Origin: Candidatus Eiseniibacteriota bacterium
GTDB lineage: Bacteria; Eisenbacteria; RBG-16-71-46
Reading direction: 5' to 3'
Assembly: GCA_963776245.1 (NCBI GenBank)
Contig: CAVZLN010000005.1
Span: 32,001 to 96,000 of the forward strand
Length of the DNA: 64,000 nt
Shown: positions 51,801 to 60,988 of the stretch, in pieces
How positions within the stretch are numbered: the first letter of the stretch is position 1
Layout of the letters: each line of letters opens with the position of its first letter
Notes under the pieces: generated by a model
Database searches by the model: none
Told to the model about the DNA's origin: nothing
What the model saw: the letters and a program-made list of their open reading frames with translations, nothing else
Position numbers and translations under genes: made by a program

Positions 51801-52336
51801 ACCACGAGGGAATCGCGCCAGTAGATGGCGCGGTCGGACTCGAGGCGCTGGCCGCCGTCGCGACCGGTGACCCGTCCCACCAGCTCGGCGCGCCCCCGGC
51901 CGCGGTCGTAGGTGCCGGCGGGCGCGTGGAGCACCGCATCGCGCTCGGCGATGACCACGTTCCCGTCGAGCTGGAGCAGGTCGTCGTTCTCCGAGAAGGT
52001 GGCGCGGTCGCAGGTGAGCGTGGTGGTGCTGTCCACCATCTTCACGCGCCCCTCGAGGAACAGCAGGCCCTGGCTCCGCAGGTAGCGTCCGGCATCGGCA
52101 GTGAGCACCGAGCGCCCGCGCGTGACGTGGAGGTTGCCGTTGAGCAGGACGATGTCCCCCTCGGGGCCGCGGCTGCCGGTCATGTTGTCGGCGGTGATGT
52201 TGAGCGGCGACTCGGGAGCGCGCTGGGGCTGCGCGGACGGCTGTCCCACCGCCAGGGACGGTGCGCCGAGGACCAGTGCGAGCAGCACGGCCAGTCGGGC
52301 GGCGGCACAGGCCCGCGGGGGCGCTGGCCGGCTCAC
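48806..52336 (-). CDS. lptD: LPS assembly protein LptD with extended OstA-like N-terminus
   Basis: OstA-like repeats; YTTC...PHY; GYYWAPNDYMD; RDLHCW. Confidence 0.85.
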   Translation of the reverse strand: MSRPAPPRACAAARLAVLLALVLGAPSLAVGQPSAQPQRAPESPLNITADNMTGSRGPEGDIVLLNGNLHVTRGRSVLTADAGRYLRSQGLLFLEGRVKMVDSTTTLTCDRATFSENDDLLQLDGNVVIAERDAVLHAPAGTYDRGRGRAELVGRVTGRDGGQRLESDRAIYWRDSLVVQARGDVKGFDDANRTELDADSVDFDRRSREALASGHPVLKTTDEKGHVTRMTSRLMRVNTETRVAQAIDSVVVVSDTLHARSDYALFDDRASRGWMLGAPRVWDDENTVSGDTLEIWSEKRVVRRVVVRNRAVMDYRGARPATLGESSRLTGRRVDVFFTDQDIDSLVAMGEARNDYGAPTRAGKSQERNLALGDTITVFFRDRKIDRARVQGQAKGEFRPAVDAADTTAQKKETVAYDAVRIEYEVPKNRIVLDQGAHLTYGDLELRSRRVVYDVGQQTLVAEGKPQLKDRGEQVAGHLMTYDLESRVGTIYDAETDYEKGRYHGERIRKVNKSELDVMGGSYTTCNLVQPHYHFASKWMKIYLKDKLVAKPVVFYVKNVPLLALPFYVFPIKPGRHSGFLFPQLEFGLNNPAGQFVRNAGYYWAPNDYMDLTLSGDYYQAEPSWVTRAESQYKLMYVLDGSFRTSFARNEHTRRDDWDLYAEHNQELTARTRLAARGSFVSSRDYSSSNLFGAPLSQRLNRFLTSNLAVSHSADWAAFSAYVDRRQDLDADQALEGDRGLTGAPLPAVGTVASLANLTETRPSLSVSFPTRTLGSISAFKGTPLENGLKTVYASLATRLVEQRERRAVVVGRTGTGPDSSNVLGQRITVRRGFAADGSLSDSRRVFGWINLAPRLSTSAVVFDHDVLGRKVVPAAVWSTGVSTGTTFYGTFAPRIGPLEGLRHVVTPNVSFSYAPEFKSLTYADRAGVRRSRFEGFSGIGISGFRNASMSYSLDQRFQVKLKRGTDIVRLDNLVSWTTSGSYDFLWRERGLLHPLSPISSTVNLQPPGTMNGSVQWTTDPYQARPVRNMSTYAGLNLGSGPARSSNPELPLDSRPAEAEEQPGFRDAWTLGLAYSYAGGYEGSKWADRQSANAVARYQFSPGWAADWSASYDLTFHALTTQRFSVQRDLHCWTAIFTRTFSLGGESEYYFRLGLKDQREIYFERGTRVGSIGGIQ

Positions 52337-53601
52337 AGCCACTCCCCGGGCGCGCCGCCGAAGCACTCCATCGCCTCACCGACGGCGAACAGCGAGCCGG
52401 CCAGGAGCACCGGTGCGTCCCCGGCGGTGGCGAGCGCGGAGCGCACCGCCTCCGGCACGCCGGGCGCGGTGCGCGCCTGCCAGCCGGCGGCCGCCGCCGC
52501 CGCGGCGAGCGGGCCGGGGTCGAGCGCGCGCTCGCTGCGCGTGCGCGTGGCCACCAGGCGGCGCGACGGGACGAGCCCGGCGAGCGCGGCGAGCATCCCC
52601 GCGGCATCCTTGTCGCGCGAACCGGCGAACACGAGCGTGCCCACGGGCGGCCGCGCGGCCTCCGCCCAGCGCGCGGCGAGCGCGGCCGCTCCGTCGGGGT
52701 TGTGCGCGCCGTCCCACCACAGGCGCGGCTCGGCCGGGCAGGGCTCGAAGCGCCCGGGCCAGCGTGCGCGCCGGAAGCCCTCGAGCAGCGCCGCGCGGGG
52801 GACCGACACGCCGCGCGCGGCGAGCGCCTCGAGCGCGGCGAGCGCGGCGGCGGCATTGCGCGCGGCGTACCCGCCCGCCTCGCTCACCAGCGACACCTCG
52901 CCCCAGGCGCCGGTCCGGAACGCCAGCGGCGCGCCCGCGATCGGCTCGGGCATGGGCGCCACGGGCGCCTCGGCCGCGCGCGCCGCGCGCTCGACCACGG
53001 CGCGCGCGGTGGCGTCCTCCACCGCGATCACCGCGGGCACCCCGCGCTTGAGGATGCCGGCCTTCTCGGCCGCGATCGCCGCGATCGAGTCGCCGAGCAC
53101 CTCGGCATGGTCGAGCGCGATGCGCGTGACCACCGCGACCTCGGGCGCGATCACGTTGGTGGTGTCGAGCCGGCCGCCGAGGCCGACCTCGATCACCGCC
53201 CATTCCACGCCCTGCTCCGCGAACCAGGCGAACCCGAGCGCGGTCGCGATCTCGAAGAAGGTGCGATCGCGGCCCACGGGAAGCGCCTCGATCCGCCCCA
53301 GCATGCCCTCCAGCCACGCCTCGTCGGCCCACCGGCCCGCCACGCGGATGCGCTCGCGGAAGTCCACCAGGTGCGGGGAGGTGAACAGCCCGGTGCGGTG
53401 CCCGGCCTCGCGCAGCACGCGCTCGACCAGCGCGCACACCGAGCCCTTGCCGTTGGTCCCGGCGACGTGCACGGAGCGGAAGCGCGTGTGCGGGTCGCCG
53501 AGCGCGGCGAGCAGCGCGCGCGTGCCGTCGAGCCCGAGCTTGTTCCTGCGGCGTTCGAGCCCGTACCGCGCCTCGAGCGCCTGCTGGAGCGACACGGTCA
53601 C
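52333..53601 (-). CDS. folC: Folylpolyglutamate/dihydrofolate synthase
   Basis: HVAGTNGKGS, TSPHL, EVGLGGRLDTTN, WPGR, DGAHN. Confidence 0.95.
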   Translation of the reverse strand: MTVSLQQALEARYGLERRRNKLGLDGTRALLAALGDPHTRFRSVHVAGTNGKGSVCALVERVLREAGHRTGLFTSPHLVDFRERIRVAGRWADEAWLEGMLGRIEALPVGRDRTFFEIATALGFAWFAEQGVEWAVIEVGLGGRLDTTNVIAPEVAVVTRIALDHAEVLGDSIAAIAAEKAGILKRGVPAVIAVEDATARAVVERAARAAEAPVAPMPEPIAGAPLAFRTGAWGEVSLVSEAGGYAARNAAAALAALEALAARGVSVPRAALLEGFRRARWPGRFEPCPAEPRLWWDGAHNPDGAAALAARWAEAARPPVGTLVFAGSRDKDAAGMLAALAGLVPSRRLVATRTRSERALDPGPLAAAAAAAGWQARTAPGVPEAVRSALATAGDAPVLLAGSLFAVGEAMECFGGAPGEWL

Positions 53602-53602
53602 C

Positions 53603-54541
53603 TCATCGACCCGGTTCCGCGGCTGGCGCGGGGAGCTCCGACCAGGACGCATGGGGCGAGGGTCTGCCCGCGGCCGCGAAGCCGCGGGTGGAGCGCCAGA
53701 AGAACTCGAGCAGGTGTCCGACCTCCTCGCGCATGCGCTTGCGGTGGACGATGCGGTCCACGAAGCCCTTCTCGAGCACGAACTCGGCGCGCTGGAAGCC
53801 CGCCGGCAGGTCCTCGCCGATGGTCTGGCGGATGACCCGCGCGCCGGCGAATCCCACCAGCGCCCGCGGCTCGGCGACGATCACGTCGCCGAGCGAGGCG
53901 TACGACGCGAGCACGCCGGCGGTGGAGGGATCGGTGAGGATCGAGATGAACGGCAGACGCTCGTCCTGCAGGCGCGCCAGCAGCGCGCTGGTCTTGGCCA
54001 TCTGCATGAGCGAGAGGATGCCCTCCTGCATGCGCGCGCCGCCGGTGGCCGACACGATGATGAGCGCGCGGCGCTCGGAGAGCGCGGTCTCGATCGAGCG
54101 CGCCACCTTCTCGCCCACCACCGAGCCCATGCTGCCGCCCATGAAGAAGAAGTCCATCAGCGTCGCCGCGACCGGCTTGCCCATGACGGTGGCCACGCCC
54201 GAGAGCGCGGCGTCCTTCATCCCGGTGTCGCGCTGGGCCGCCTTGAGGCGGTCGGGGTAGCGCATCTTGGCGTCGCGGAACTCGAGCGGGTCGCCGGCCT
54301 CGAGGTCGGCGAAGCGCTCCTCGAAGGAGCCCTCGTCGAACAGGTAGCCCGCGTAGGTGGCGGCCGGGACGCGGAAGTGGTGGTCGCAGTGCGGGCAGGT
54401 CCAGAGGTGCTCCTCGAGCACGGTCTGGAACAGCGCCTCGCCGCAGCCGTCGCACTTGGTCCACAGGCCCTCGGGGACGTCGGCACGCTCGTCGCGCGGG
54501 GTGGGCTGGATGCCCTTTCGCTCTCGCTTCAGCCAGGACAT
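53603..54541 (-). CDS. accD: Acetyl-CoA carboxylase carboxyltransferase beta subunit
   Basis: GLWTKC Zn finger, FMGGSMG, GGARMQEG, GFAG. Confidence 0.95.
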   Translation of the reverse strand: MSWLKRERKGIQPTPRDERADVPEGLWTKCDGCGEALFQTVLEEHLWTCPHCDHHFRVPAATYAGYLFDEGSFEERFADLEAGDPLEFRDAKMRYPDRLKAAQRDTGMKDAALSGVATVMGKPVAATLMDFFFMGGSMGSVVGEKVARSIETALSERRALIIVSATGGARMQEGILSLMQMAKTSALLARLQDERLPFISILTDPSTAGVLASYASLGDVIVAEPRALVGFAGARVIRQTIGEDLPAGFQRAEFVLEKGFVDRIVHRKRMREEVGHLLEFFWRSTRGFAAAGRPSPHASWSELPAPAAEPGR

Positions 54542-54572
54542 GGGGTTCGGTGGGCTCCGGGGTTCCGGGGGT

Positions 54573-55778
54573 TCAGCAGGCAGCCATGGGACGCCATTCC
54601 ATCACGAGGGCATCCTCGCCGTTGTCACGATAATACCCGCGCCGCAGGGCCGCCAGCCGGAAACCGTACGCGCGGTAGAGCGCCTGGGCGGCGGTGTTGG
54701 TGGCGCGCACCTCGAGCGTGAGCCGCGCGTCGCCCGCCTCCCGCACCGCCTCGAGCACGTCCTCGAGCAGCAGGCGCGCGACGCCGCGCCGTCGCGACGA
54801 CGGCACCACCGCGATGTTGTCGAGGTGGGCGTCGCCCGCGCCCAGCCACGCGACCGTGTAGCCGAGCACGCCATCGAACGGGGCGTCCGCCGCGGGCTGG
54901 GGACGCACCGCCACGCGCGCGTGGGCGAGCGGATGCTCGAGCGCGGTGCGGAAGAAGGACTCCGGCCACGGGTCGCTGAACACCTCGACCTCGATCCGCG
55001 CGATCGCGGGGATGTCGCCGGGCGCCAGCGGCCGCAGCACCACTGGATCGCCGGCGAGCGCCTGCCGCCGGACGCGCTCCTCGGCCTGCGGGGGGCGCAC
55101 GTACACCGGCCGCACGCTCTCACCCGTACGCGGGCCGCCGAGCAGGGCGAGCCGCGGCGCGCGCGCGGCGACCGCGAGATCGTGCGCCGAGAGCCCTCCG
55201 AAGCGCCACGGCGGATCGGTGCTGCCCGGCCACGCGGCCTCGAGCGCCGCGTGCTCGCGCGCCGCGCCCGGGCCGACGAAGCGCACGCCGGCGCGGTCCA
55301 GCAGCGCGTGCGCCTCGGCGGTGGCGTGCAGCACGTCCGCGGTGGTGCCCACCCGCGGGGCGGCGAGCAGCGTGACGCGGCCCGTGGTGTCGGCGCGGTA
55401 GAAGCCGGCGAACATGTCCCGCCGTCCGGCGGTCACGAGCGGCACCACCAGCGCGCGCTTCGCTCCCGCCGAGAGCGCCAGCGCGGCGAGCGACGAGGCG
55501 CCGAGCAGCGCGGCGCCGGCCGCCTGCGCCAGCGCCTCGGCGGTGGCGAGCCCGACGCGCACGCCAGTGAACGAGCCCGGGCCGAGGTCGGCGGCGACCC
55601 AGCGCAGGCTCGCGACCGCCACGCCCGCGCGCTCGAGCGCCCGCCGCACCAGCGGCGTGAGGCGGCGCAGGTGGCCGTAGGAGACGTCCTCGGACTCGTG
55701 CGCGAGCGCGGTTCCGTCGGCGCCGCACACCAGCACCTCGACGTGGTCGGTCGCGGTCTCGAGCGCGAGCCCACTCAC
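54573..55778 (-). CDS. tsaB: TsaB-RimI fusion
   Basis: LALETAT and GPGSFTGVRVG, then GNAT domain with LEVRATN...RRGYYRDNGEDALVM. Confidence 0.9.
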   Translation of the reverse strand: MSGLALETATDHVEVLVCGADGTALAHESEDVSYGHLRRLTPLVRRALERAGVAVASLRWVAADLGPGSFTGVRVGLATAEALAQAAGAALLGASSLAALALSAGAKRALVVPLVTAGRRDMFAGFYRADTTGRVTLLAAPRVGTTADVLHATAEAHALLDRAGVRFVGPGAAREHAALEAAWPGSTDPPWRFGGLSAHDLAVAARAPRLALLGGPRTGESVRPVYVRPPQAEERVRRQALAGDPVVLRPLAPGDIPAIARIEVEVFSDPWPESFFRTALEHPLAHARVAVRPQPAADAPFDGVLGYTVAWLGAGDAHLDNIAVVPSSRRRGVARLLLEDVLEAVREAGDARLTLEVRATNTAAQALYRAYGFRLAALRRGYYRDNGEDALVMEWRPMAAC

Positions 55779-56278
55779 GGCGCCGGGTGCTCCGGGATCG
55801 CCGTCCAGGCCGCGAGCAGCTCGAGCCCCCGGCCGCCCGTGGCGGTGGCACGCAGCGTGCGCAGGTCTCCGGCGAGCGGCTCAAACGCCAGCCCGAGCGC
55901 CTCGCGCCGCAGGGCGGCGGGGAGTCGCTCGCCCCACTCGACCACCAGCGCGCCGCGCTCGGCGTACTCCTCGAGGCCGAGCGCGTCGGCGTCCGGGGTG
56001 TCGATCCGGTAGAGGTCGAGATGGAACAGCGGTAGCGGTCCGCGGTACTCGTTCACCAGCGTGAACGACGGGCTGCGCACCCGCGCGGCGGGGTTCAGCC
56101 CGCGCGCCAGCCCGGCGACGAAGCACGTCTTGCCGGCCCCCAGCGGCCCCGAGAGCGCGAGCACGTCGCCCGGGCGCAGCGCCGGCGCCAGCGCCTCGCC
56201 GAGGCGCTCGGTCGCCGCGGGGGACGCGCTCACGCGCGGCGGCGCCCCGCGCGCCGCGGGATGGAGCGCGCCCGTCAT
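55775..56278 (-). CDS. tsaE: t6A biosynthesis ATPase
   Basis: GPLGAGKT, SPSFTL, HLDLYR, VEW. Confidence 0.95.
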   Translation of the reverse strand: MTGALHPAARGAPPRVSASPAATERLGEALAPALRPGDVLALSGPLGAGKTCFVAGLARGLNPAARVRSPSFTLVNEYRGPLPLFHLDLYRIDTPDADALGLEEYAERGALVVEWGERLPAALRREALGLAFEPLAGDLRTLRATATGGRGLELLAAWTAIPEHPAP

Positions 56279-57843
56279 CCGCGGGGGTGAAGCGTGACCA
56301 GCGGGAGGATCATCTCTTCGACCGAGATGCCGCCGTGCTGGAACGAGCCGCGGTACTGGCGCTCGTACTCGTGGAAGCGCGTCGGGTAGACGAAGTAGTA
56401 GTCCTCGCGCGCCAGCACGTAGTTCTTGTTGACGCCGCCCTCGGGCAGCATCCACTCGGCCGGCTTGCGCACCGTCACCGCCAGCTTGTTGTCGCAGTTG
56501 AGGCTGACGCCGAACTTGTAGCGCAGGTTGGTGGAGGTGTCGCGGTTGCCGTAGACCAGCGCCGCGCGCTTGCCGAGCACCGAGCCGTGATCGGTGGTGA
56601 GCACCACGGTGACGTCCTGGGTCGCGAGCGCGCGGAAGATCTCGTACAGCGGACTGTGCACGAACCACGCCTTCATCACCGCGCGGAACGCCGCCTCGTC
56701 GGGCGCCAGCTCCTGCAGGATCTCGCTCTCGGAGCGGCCGTGCGCGAGGATGTCGAGGAAGTTGAACACCATGCTCGTGAGCGGCACGCCGGCGAACGAG
56801 TTGATCTGCCGCCGCGTGCTGATGGCCTCGTCCTGGTCGTAGATCTTCAGGTACTTGGGCGGCGTCGCCGGCGTGAGCTTGAGCCGCTCGAGCTGGAAGT
56901 CGAGCAGCTGGCGCTCGAAGCGGTTCTTGGTGCGCTCGTCCTTGGTCTTCTCCTGCCACAGGTCGGGGTGGCGCTGCTGCAGCTGCGCCGGCAGCAGCCC
57001 GGAGAAGATGGCGTTGCGCGAGTAGGGCGTCGCGGTGGGCAGGATCGAGCAGTAGTACTCGCGCTGGATGTCGAACAGCTCCTCCAGCAGCGGCTCGAGC
57101 GTGAACCACTGGTCGAGACGCATGCAGTCGATGATCACGAACACCACCCGCTTCCCCGCGGCGAGGTGGGGCGCGAGCGCGTGCTTCACCACGTCGGTCG
57201 AGAGCAGCGGGCGATCCTCGCCGCCGTGCACCCACGCGGGATAGCGCTCCTCGACGAACCGACCGAAGTCGATGTTGAGGCCGCGCCGGAAGTCCGCGTG
57301 CGCCTGCCGCAGTCCGGCCTCCGGCAGGTCGTCGAAGCGCACGTCCCAGCGCGCCACCTCCACCGCGAGGTCCATCCAGCCCCGCCAGTCGAGTCCGCGC
57401 AGGTCCATGTTCTGCCAGCGCTGCATCTCGCCGACGTAGTCGCGGGCGCGCTGCGAGTCCTGCAGCTGCTGCGCCTCGAACACGCGCTTGCAGGCGAGGA
57501 ACACCTGGGACGGATTCACCGGCTTGATGAGGTAGTCGGTGATGTGCCGCCCGATGGCCTCGTTCATGAGCGATTCCTCCTCGCTCTTGGTGATGAGGAT
57601 CACCGGCACCTGGAGGTCGCGCTCCTTGAGGGCGTGCAGCGTCTCGAGCCCGCCCATGCCCGGCATCATCTCGTCGAGCAGCACGACGTCGAAGCGCCCC
57701 TTCGTGAGCGCCTCGAGCGCGTCCGCGCCGCTCGGCACCGCGGTCACCGCGAAGCCCTTCTGCTCGAGGAAGCGGATGTGCGGCCGCAGCAGGTCGATCT
57801 CGTCGTCGGCCCACAGGATCTGGCGTCGGGTGTCGTCGGTCAT
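56275..57843 (-). CDS. porX: PorX-like response regulator with PglZ domain
   Basis: ILWADDEIDLL, ITKSEEE, LPTATPYSRNAIFSG, TTDHG, FQHGGIS. Confidence 0.88.
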   Translation of the reverse strand: MTDDTRRQILWADDEIDLLRPHIRFLEQKGFAVTAVPSGADALEALTKGRFDVVLLDEMMPGMGGLETLHALKERDLQVPVILITKSEEESLMNEAIGRHITDYLIKPVNPSQVFLACKRVFEAQQLQDSQRARDYVGEMQRWQNMDLRGLDWRGWMDLAVEVARWDVRFDDLPEAGLRQAHADFRRGLNIDFGRFVEERYPAWVHGGEDRPLLSTDVVKHALAPHLAAGKRVVFVIIDCMRLDQWFTLEPLLEELFDIQREYYCSILPTATPYSRNAIFSGLLPAQLQQRHPDLWQEKTKDERTKNRFERQLLDFQLERLKLTPATPPKYLKIYDQDEAISTRRQINSFAGVPLTSMVFNFLDILAHGRSESEILQELAPDEAAFRAVMKAWFVHSPLYEIFRALATQDVTVVLTTDHGSVLGKRAALVYGNRDTSTNLRYKFGVSLNCDNKLAVTVRKPAEWMLPEGGVNKNYVLAREDYYFVYPTRFHEYERQYRGSFQHGGISVEEMILPLVTLHPRG

Positions 57844-58022
57844 GGTGTCCGGGTCGGGGTGCGCGGCGCCACGCGGCGGGCGCGGCGGGGGTCTCGGGGA
57901 GTTTCGCGGCCGCATGATAGCGCGGAGCCGTGCCACCCCCAAAAGAGCGTTGACGCGCGCCGGACGCCCCGCCTACGGTGGCCGCACACCCCTTCGAACC
58001 CCCCGGCGTGAAAGGTGGTTCC

Positions 58023-59714
58023 ATGCGTCCGCCCCTGACCGGCTCGTGCGTGCTGCTGGGCCTCGCCCTCGCCGCGGCCCCGTGTGCCGCGGCGAACCCC
58101 GAGCGCGCGCTCGAGCATGCGCTCGCGCGGCTGTCCGCCGATTCGCTGCGCGCCCACGTCGCGGCGCTCGCCGACGACCGCATGGAGGGCCGCGCGACCG
58201 GCACCCGCGGCTACGACCTGGCCGCCGCGTACGTGGCGGGCCGCATGAAGGCGATCGGGCTCACGCCGGGAGCCGCCGGCGGGTCCTTCCTGCAGCAGGT
58301 GCCCTTCGCGCGCGGGCAGGTGCGGGAGAGCGCGTGCAGCCTGGTGGTCGGCTACGACGACGTCGCCCCGCGCGGCGGTCTCGATGTCGAACGCCCGCTC
58401 GCCTACGGCACCGACTACCTGATGGCCGCCGACCTGCTGCGCGACGAGACGGCGCTGAACGGGCCGATGATGTTCGCCGGCTACGGGGTGGTGGCGCCCG
58501 AGCTGGGATACGACGACTACGAGGGGCTCGACGTGAAGGGCAAGGTGGTGGTGGTGCTCACCGGCGCCCCGCCCTCGTTCCCGAGCGACCAGCGCGCCTA
58601 TCACTCGTGGAACGCGCTCAAGGAGCGCGAGGCCGCGGCGCGCGGCGCGCGCGGCCTGCTCAGCGTCCGCACCCCGGTGGACGAGCGGCGGACGCCGTGG
58701 GAGCGCGCCGTGCGCCAGTCACGACTTCCGGCGATGCGCTGGACCGACGAGCGCGGCGCGCCGCACGACGTGCAGGCCGGGCTCGAGGTCGTCGGGACCA
58801 TGAACCGCAGCGGCGCCGAGGCCCTCTTCTATCCCATGCCGCTCGACAGCGTGCTGGACGGCTCGGCCTTCCACACCATGCGCGCCGCGCCGTTCCACCT
58901 GCTGCACGCCGGGCGGGCCACCCAGCGCTCGCGCGCCCGGAGCGCCAACGTGATCGGCGTCCTGCGCGGCTCGGACCCGCGGCGGCGCGACGAGTTCGTG
59001 GTGTACACCGCGCATCTCGACCACCTCGGGATCTCCACGCCGGTGAACGGGGACTCGATCAACAATGGCGCCTACGACAACGCCTCGGGCGTGGCGCTGA
59101 TGCTCGAGATCGCCCGCGCGTTCACCGCCCTGAAGCCGCGGCCCAGGCGCTCCCTCGCGTTCGTGGCCGTGACCGGCGAGGAGAAGGGCCTGCAGGGCTC
59201 CGATTACTTCGCGCGCTTCCCCTCCATGCCCCGCGGCCAGGTCGTGGCGGACGTGAACCTCGACATGTTCCTCATGCTCCGCCCGCTCCGCGACGTCATC
59301 GCGTTCGGCGCCGGGCATTCGAGCCTCGGCGCCGCGGTGGACAGCGCCGCGCGGCGCCGCGGCCTCGCCGTGAGCCCCGACCCGATGCCCGAAGAGGTGG
59401 TGTTCATCCGCAGCGACCAGTTCTCGTTCGTGCGCCAGGGCATCCCCGCGGTCTTCCTGGTCGGCGGGCGGGCGGGCGACGGGTCGATCGACGAGGAGCG
59501 CCAGCGCTGGTCGCGCGAGGTCTACCACACGCCCCAGGACGACCTCACGCAGCGCTTCCGGTGGGACGAGGGCGTCACCTTCGCCGACTTCGGCCTGCGG
59601 GTGGGCCTCGAGATCGCGAACGCGCCGGGGCGCCCGACCTGGAACCCGGGCGACTACTTCGGCGAGACGTTCGGCCGCGCGGCGTCCGGGCCGGCTAGGT
59701 CGGGAACGCGATGA
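58023..59714 (+). CDS. M28 family peptidase with PA domain
   Basis: AHLDHLG, NGAYDNASG, GEEKGL, RSD, YHTPQD. Confidence 0.9.
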   Translation: MRPPLTGSCVLLGLALAAAPCAAANPERALEHALARLSADSLRAHVAALADDRMEGRATGTRGYDLAAAYVAGRMKAIGLTPGAAGGSFLQQVPFARGQVRESACSLVVGYDDVAPRGGLDVERPLAYGTDYLMAADLLRDETALNGPMMFAGYGVVAPELGYDDYEGLDVKGKVVVVLTGAPPSFPSDQRAYHSWNALKEREAAARGARGLLSVRTPVDERRTPWERAVRQSRLPAMRWTDERGAPHDVQAGLEVVGTMNRSGAEALFYPMPLDSVLDGSAFHTMRAAPFHLLHAGRATQRSRARSANVIGVLRGSDPRRRDEFVVYTAHLDHLGISTPVNGDSINNGAYDNASGVALMLEIARAFTALKPRPRRSLAFVAVTGEEKGLQGSDYFARFPSMPRGQVVADVNLDMFLMLRPLRDVIAFGAGHSSLGAAVDSAARRRGLAVSPDPMPEEVVFIRSDQFSFVRQGIPAVFLVGGRAGDGSIDEERQRWSREVYHTPQDDLTQRFRWDEGVTFADFGLRVGLEIANAPGRPTWNPGDYFGETFGRAASGPARSGTR

Positions 59715-60984
59715 CGACCGTCGTCCCCTGCCCCGGCGCGCTGTGGCGGATGGTGAGCCGGCCGCCGTGGTACTCCTCGACCACCCGCCGCGAGAGCGCG
59801 AGCCCCAGTCCCCAGCCGCGCCGCTTGGTGGTGTAGCCCGGCTCGAACGCCCGCCGCAGCTCGCCCGGCGTCATGCCGCGGCCGTTGTCGCGGATGACGA
59901 TCTCCACCGCCTCGGTCTGCTTGCGGCGCTCCACCGCGACCTCGATCACCCCCGGTGACTTCTCGATCGCCGAGACCGCGTTCGAGATCAGGTTCTCGAG
60001 CGCCCACTCGAGCAGCTCGGGATTGAGGTTCACCGGCGGCACCTCGTCGTAGCGCTCGCGCAGCTCGATCTCGCCCGCGCCCTGCGGCAGGCGCTTGCGC
60101 ATGTAGAGCACCGCCTCGCCCACCACCGGCGCCACGTCCTGCAGATGCAGGCTCGGCGCCGAGCCCACGCGGCTGAAGCGCTGCGCCACCTTGTTGAGCC
60201 GCTCGACGTCGCGCTCCATCTCGCGGAGGGTCTCCTCGAGCTCGGCTCGCGGCAGGCTCGCCATGCCGCCGGGCGGGGCGCTCTCGGCGTGTGCGCGCAG
60301 CAGCTCGACCCAGCCCATGAGCGACGACAGAGGCGTGCCGAGCTGGTGCGCGGTCTCCTTGGCCATGCCCACCCAGATGGTGCGCTTCTCGGCCTGGCGC
60401 ACGCTCGAGAGCCCGAGCAGCCCGATGCCGAGCAGGAGGACCACCCCTCCGAGCGAGACGTAGGGCATCCAGCGCAGCCGGTCGAGCACCGGCGGCACGC
60501 CATAGTGCACCTTGCCCAGGCTCACCCCGGTGCCGGGCTGCTTCATCTCGATCGGGGCGTTGTGATGGTCGAGCCGCATCGCCTCGGCACGCACCCGTTC
60601 GATGCGGGCCCGGATCACCGGGGAGATCGGCATGCTGAAGTCGAGGCTGTCGATCGAGGCCGCCGGCACCGAGTCCCGGTGCACCCCGACGCCGCGCCAG
60701 GCGCGGGGCGTGCCCTGGGTGTCCGTGATCACCATCGGGAAGTCGAGGCTGGCGACCAGGTCGCCGAACACCTTCTCGAGCTCGGGGTCGCGGATGACCG
60801 GGAACGACGCCTGCGAACAGAAGCGCGCGAGCACGCGCGAGGTGGCCGCGATCTCGTCGGAGAGCCGGCGCACGAAGTGGTGGGTCCACAGGAACACCGC
60901 CGCGACCAGCACCAGGCTGCCCACGATGAGACCGGCCCGCAGGGCGGTCGCGCGTGAGCCGCGGGTGCCGAGCAGGAGGCTCAT
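59695..60984 (-). CDS. Membrane sensor histidine kinase
   Basis: 2 TM segments; WVGMAKETAHQLGTP; N, G1 and G2 boxes. Confidence 0.92.
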   Translation of the reverse strand: MSLLLGTRGSRATALRAGLIVGSLVLVAAVFLWTHHFVRRLSDEIAATSRVLARFCSQASFPVIRDPELEKVFGDLVASLDFPMVITDTQGTPRAWRGVGVHRDSVPAASIDSLDFSMPISPVIRARIERVRAEAMRLDHHNAPIEMKQPGTGVSLGKVHYGVPPVLDRLRWMPYVSLGGVVLLLGIGLLGLSSVRQAEKRTIWVGMAKETAHQLGTPLSSLMGWVELLRAHAESAPPGGMASLPRAELEETLREMERDVERLNKVAQRFSRVGSAPSLHLQDVAPVVGEAVLYMRKRLPQGAGEIELRERYDEVPPVNLNPELLEWALENLISNAVSAIEKSPGVIEVAVERRKQTEAVEIVIRDNGRGMTPGELRRAFEPGYTTKRRGWGLGLALSRRVVEEYHGGRLTIRHSAPGQGTTVVIAFPT

Positions 60985-60988
60985 GGGG

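Noticed and set aside
47331..54721. Giant ORFs of 1841 aa (-) and 1976 aa (+), and similar long Arg/Ala/Pro-rich ORFs
   Set aside because: Shadow or alternative frames of real genes in high-GC DNA (the 1841-aa frame includes only the true copA N-terminus near its end)
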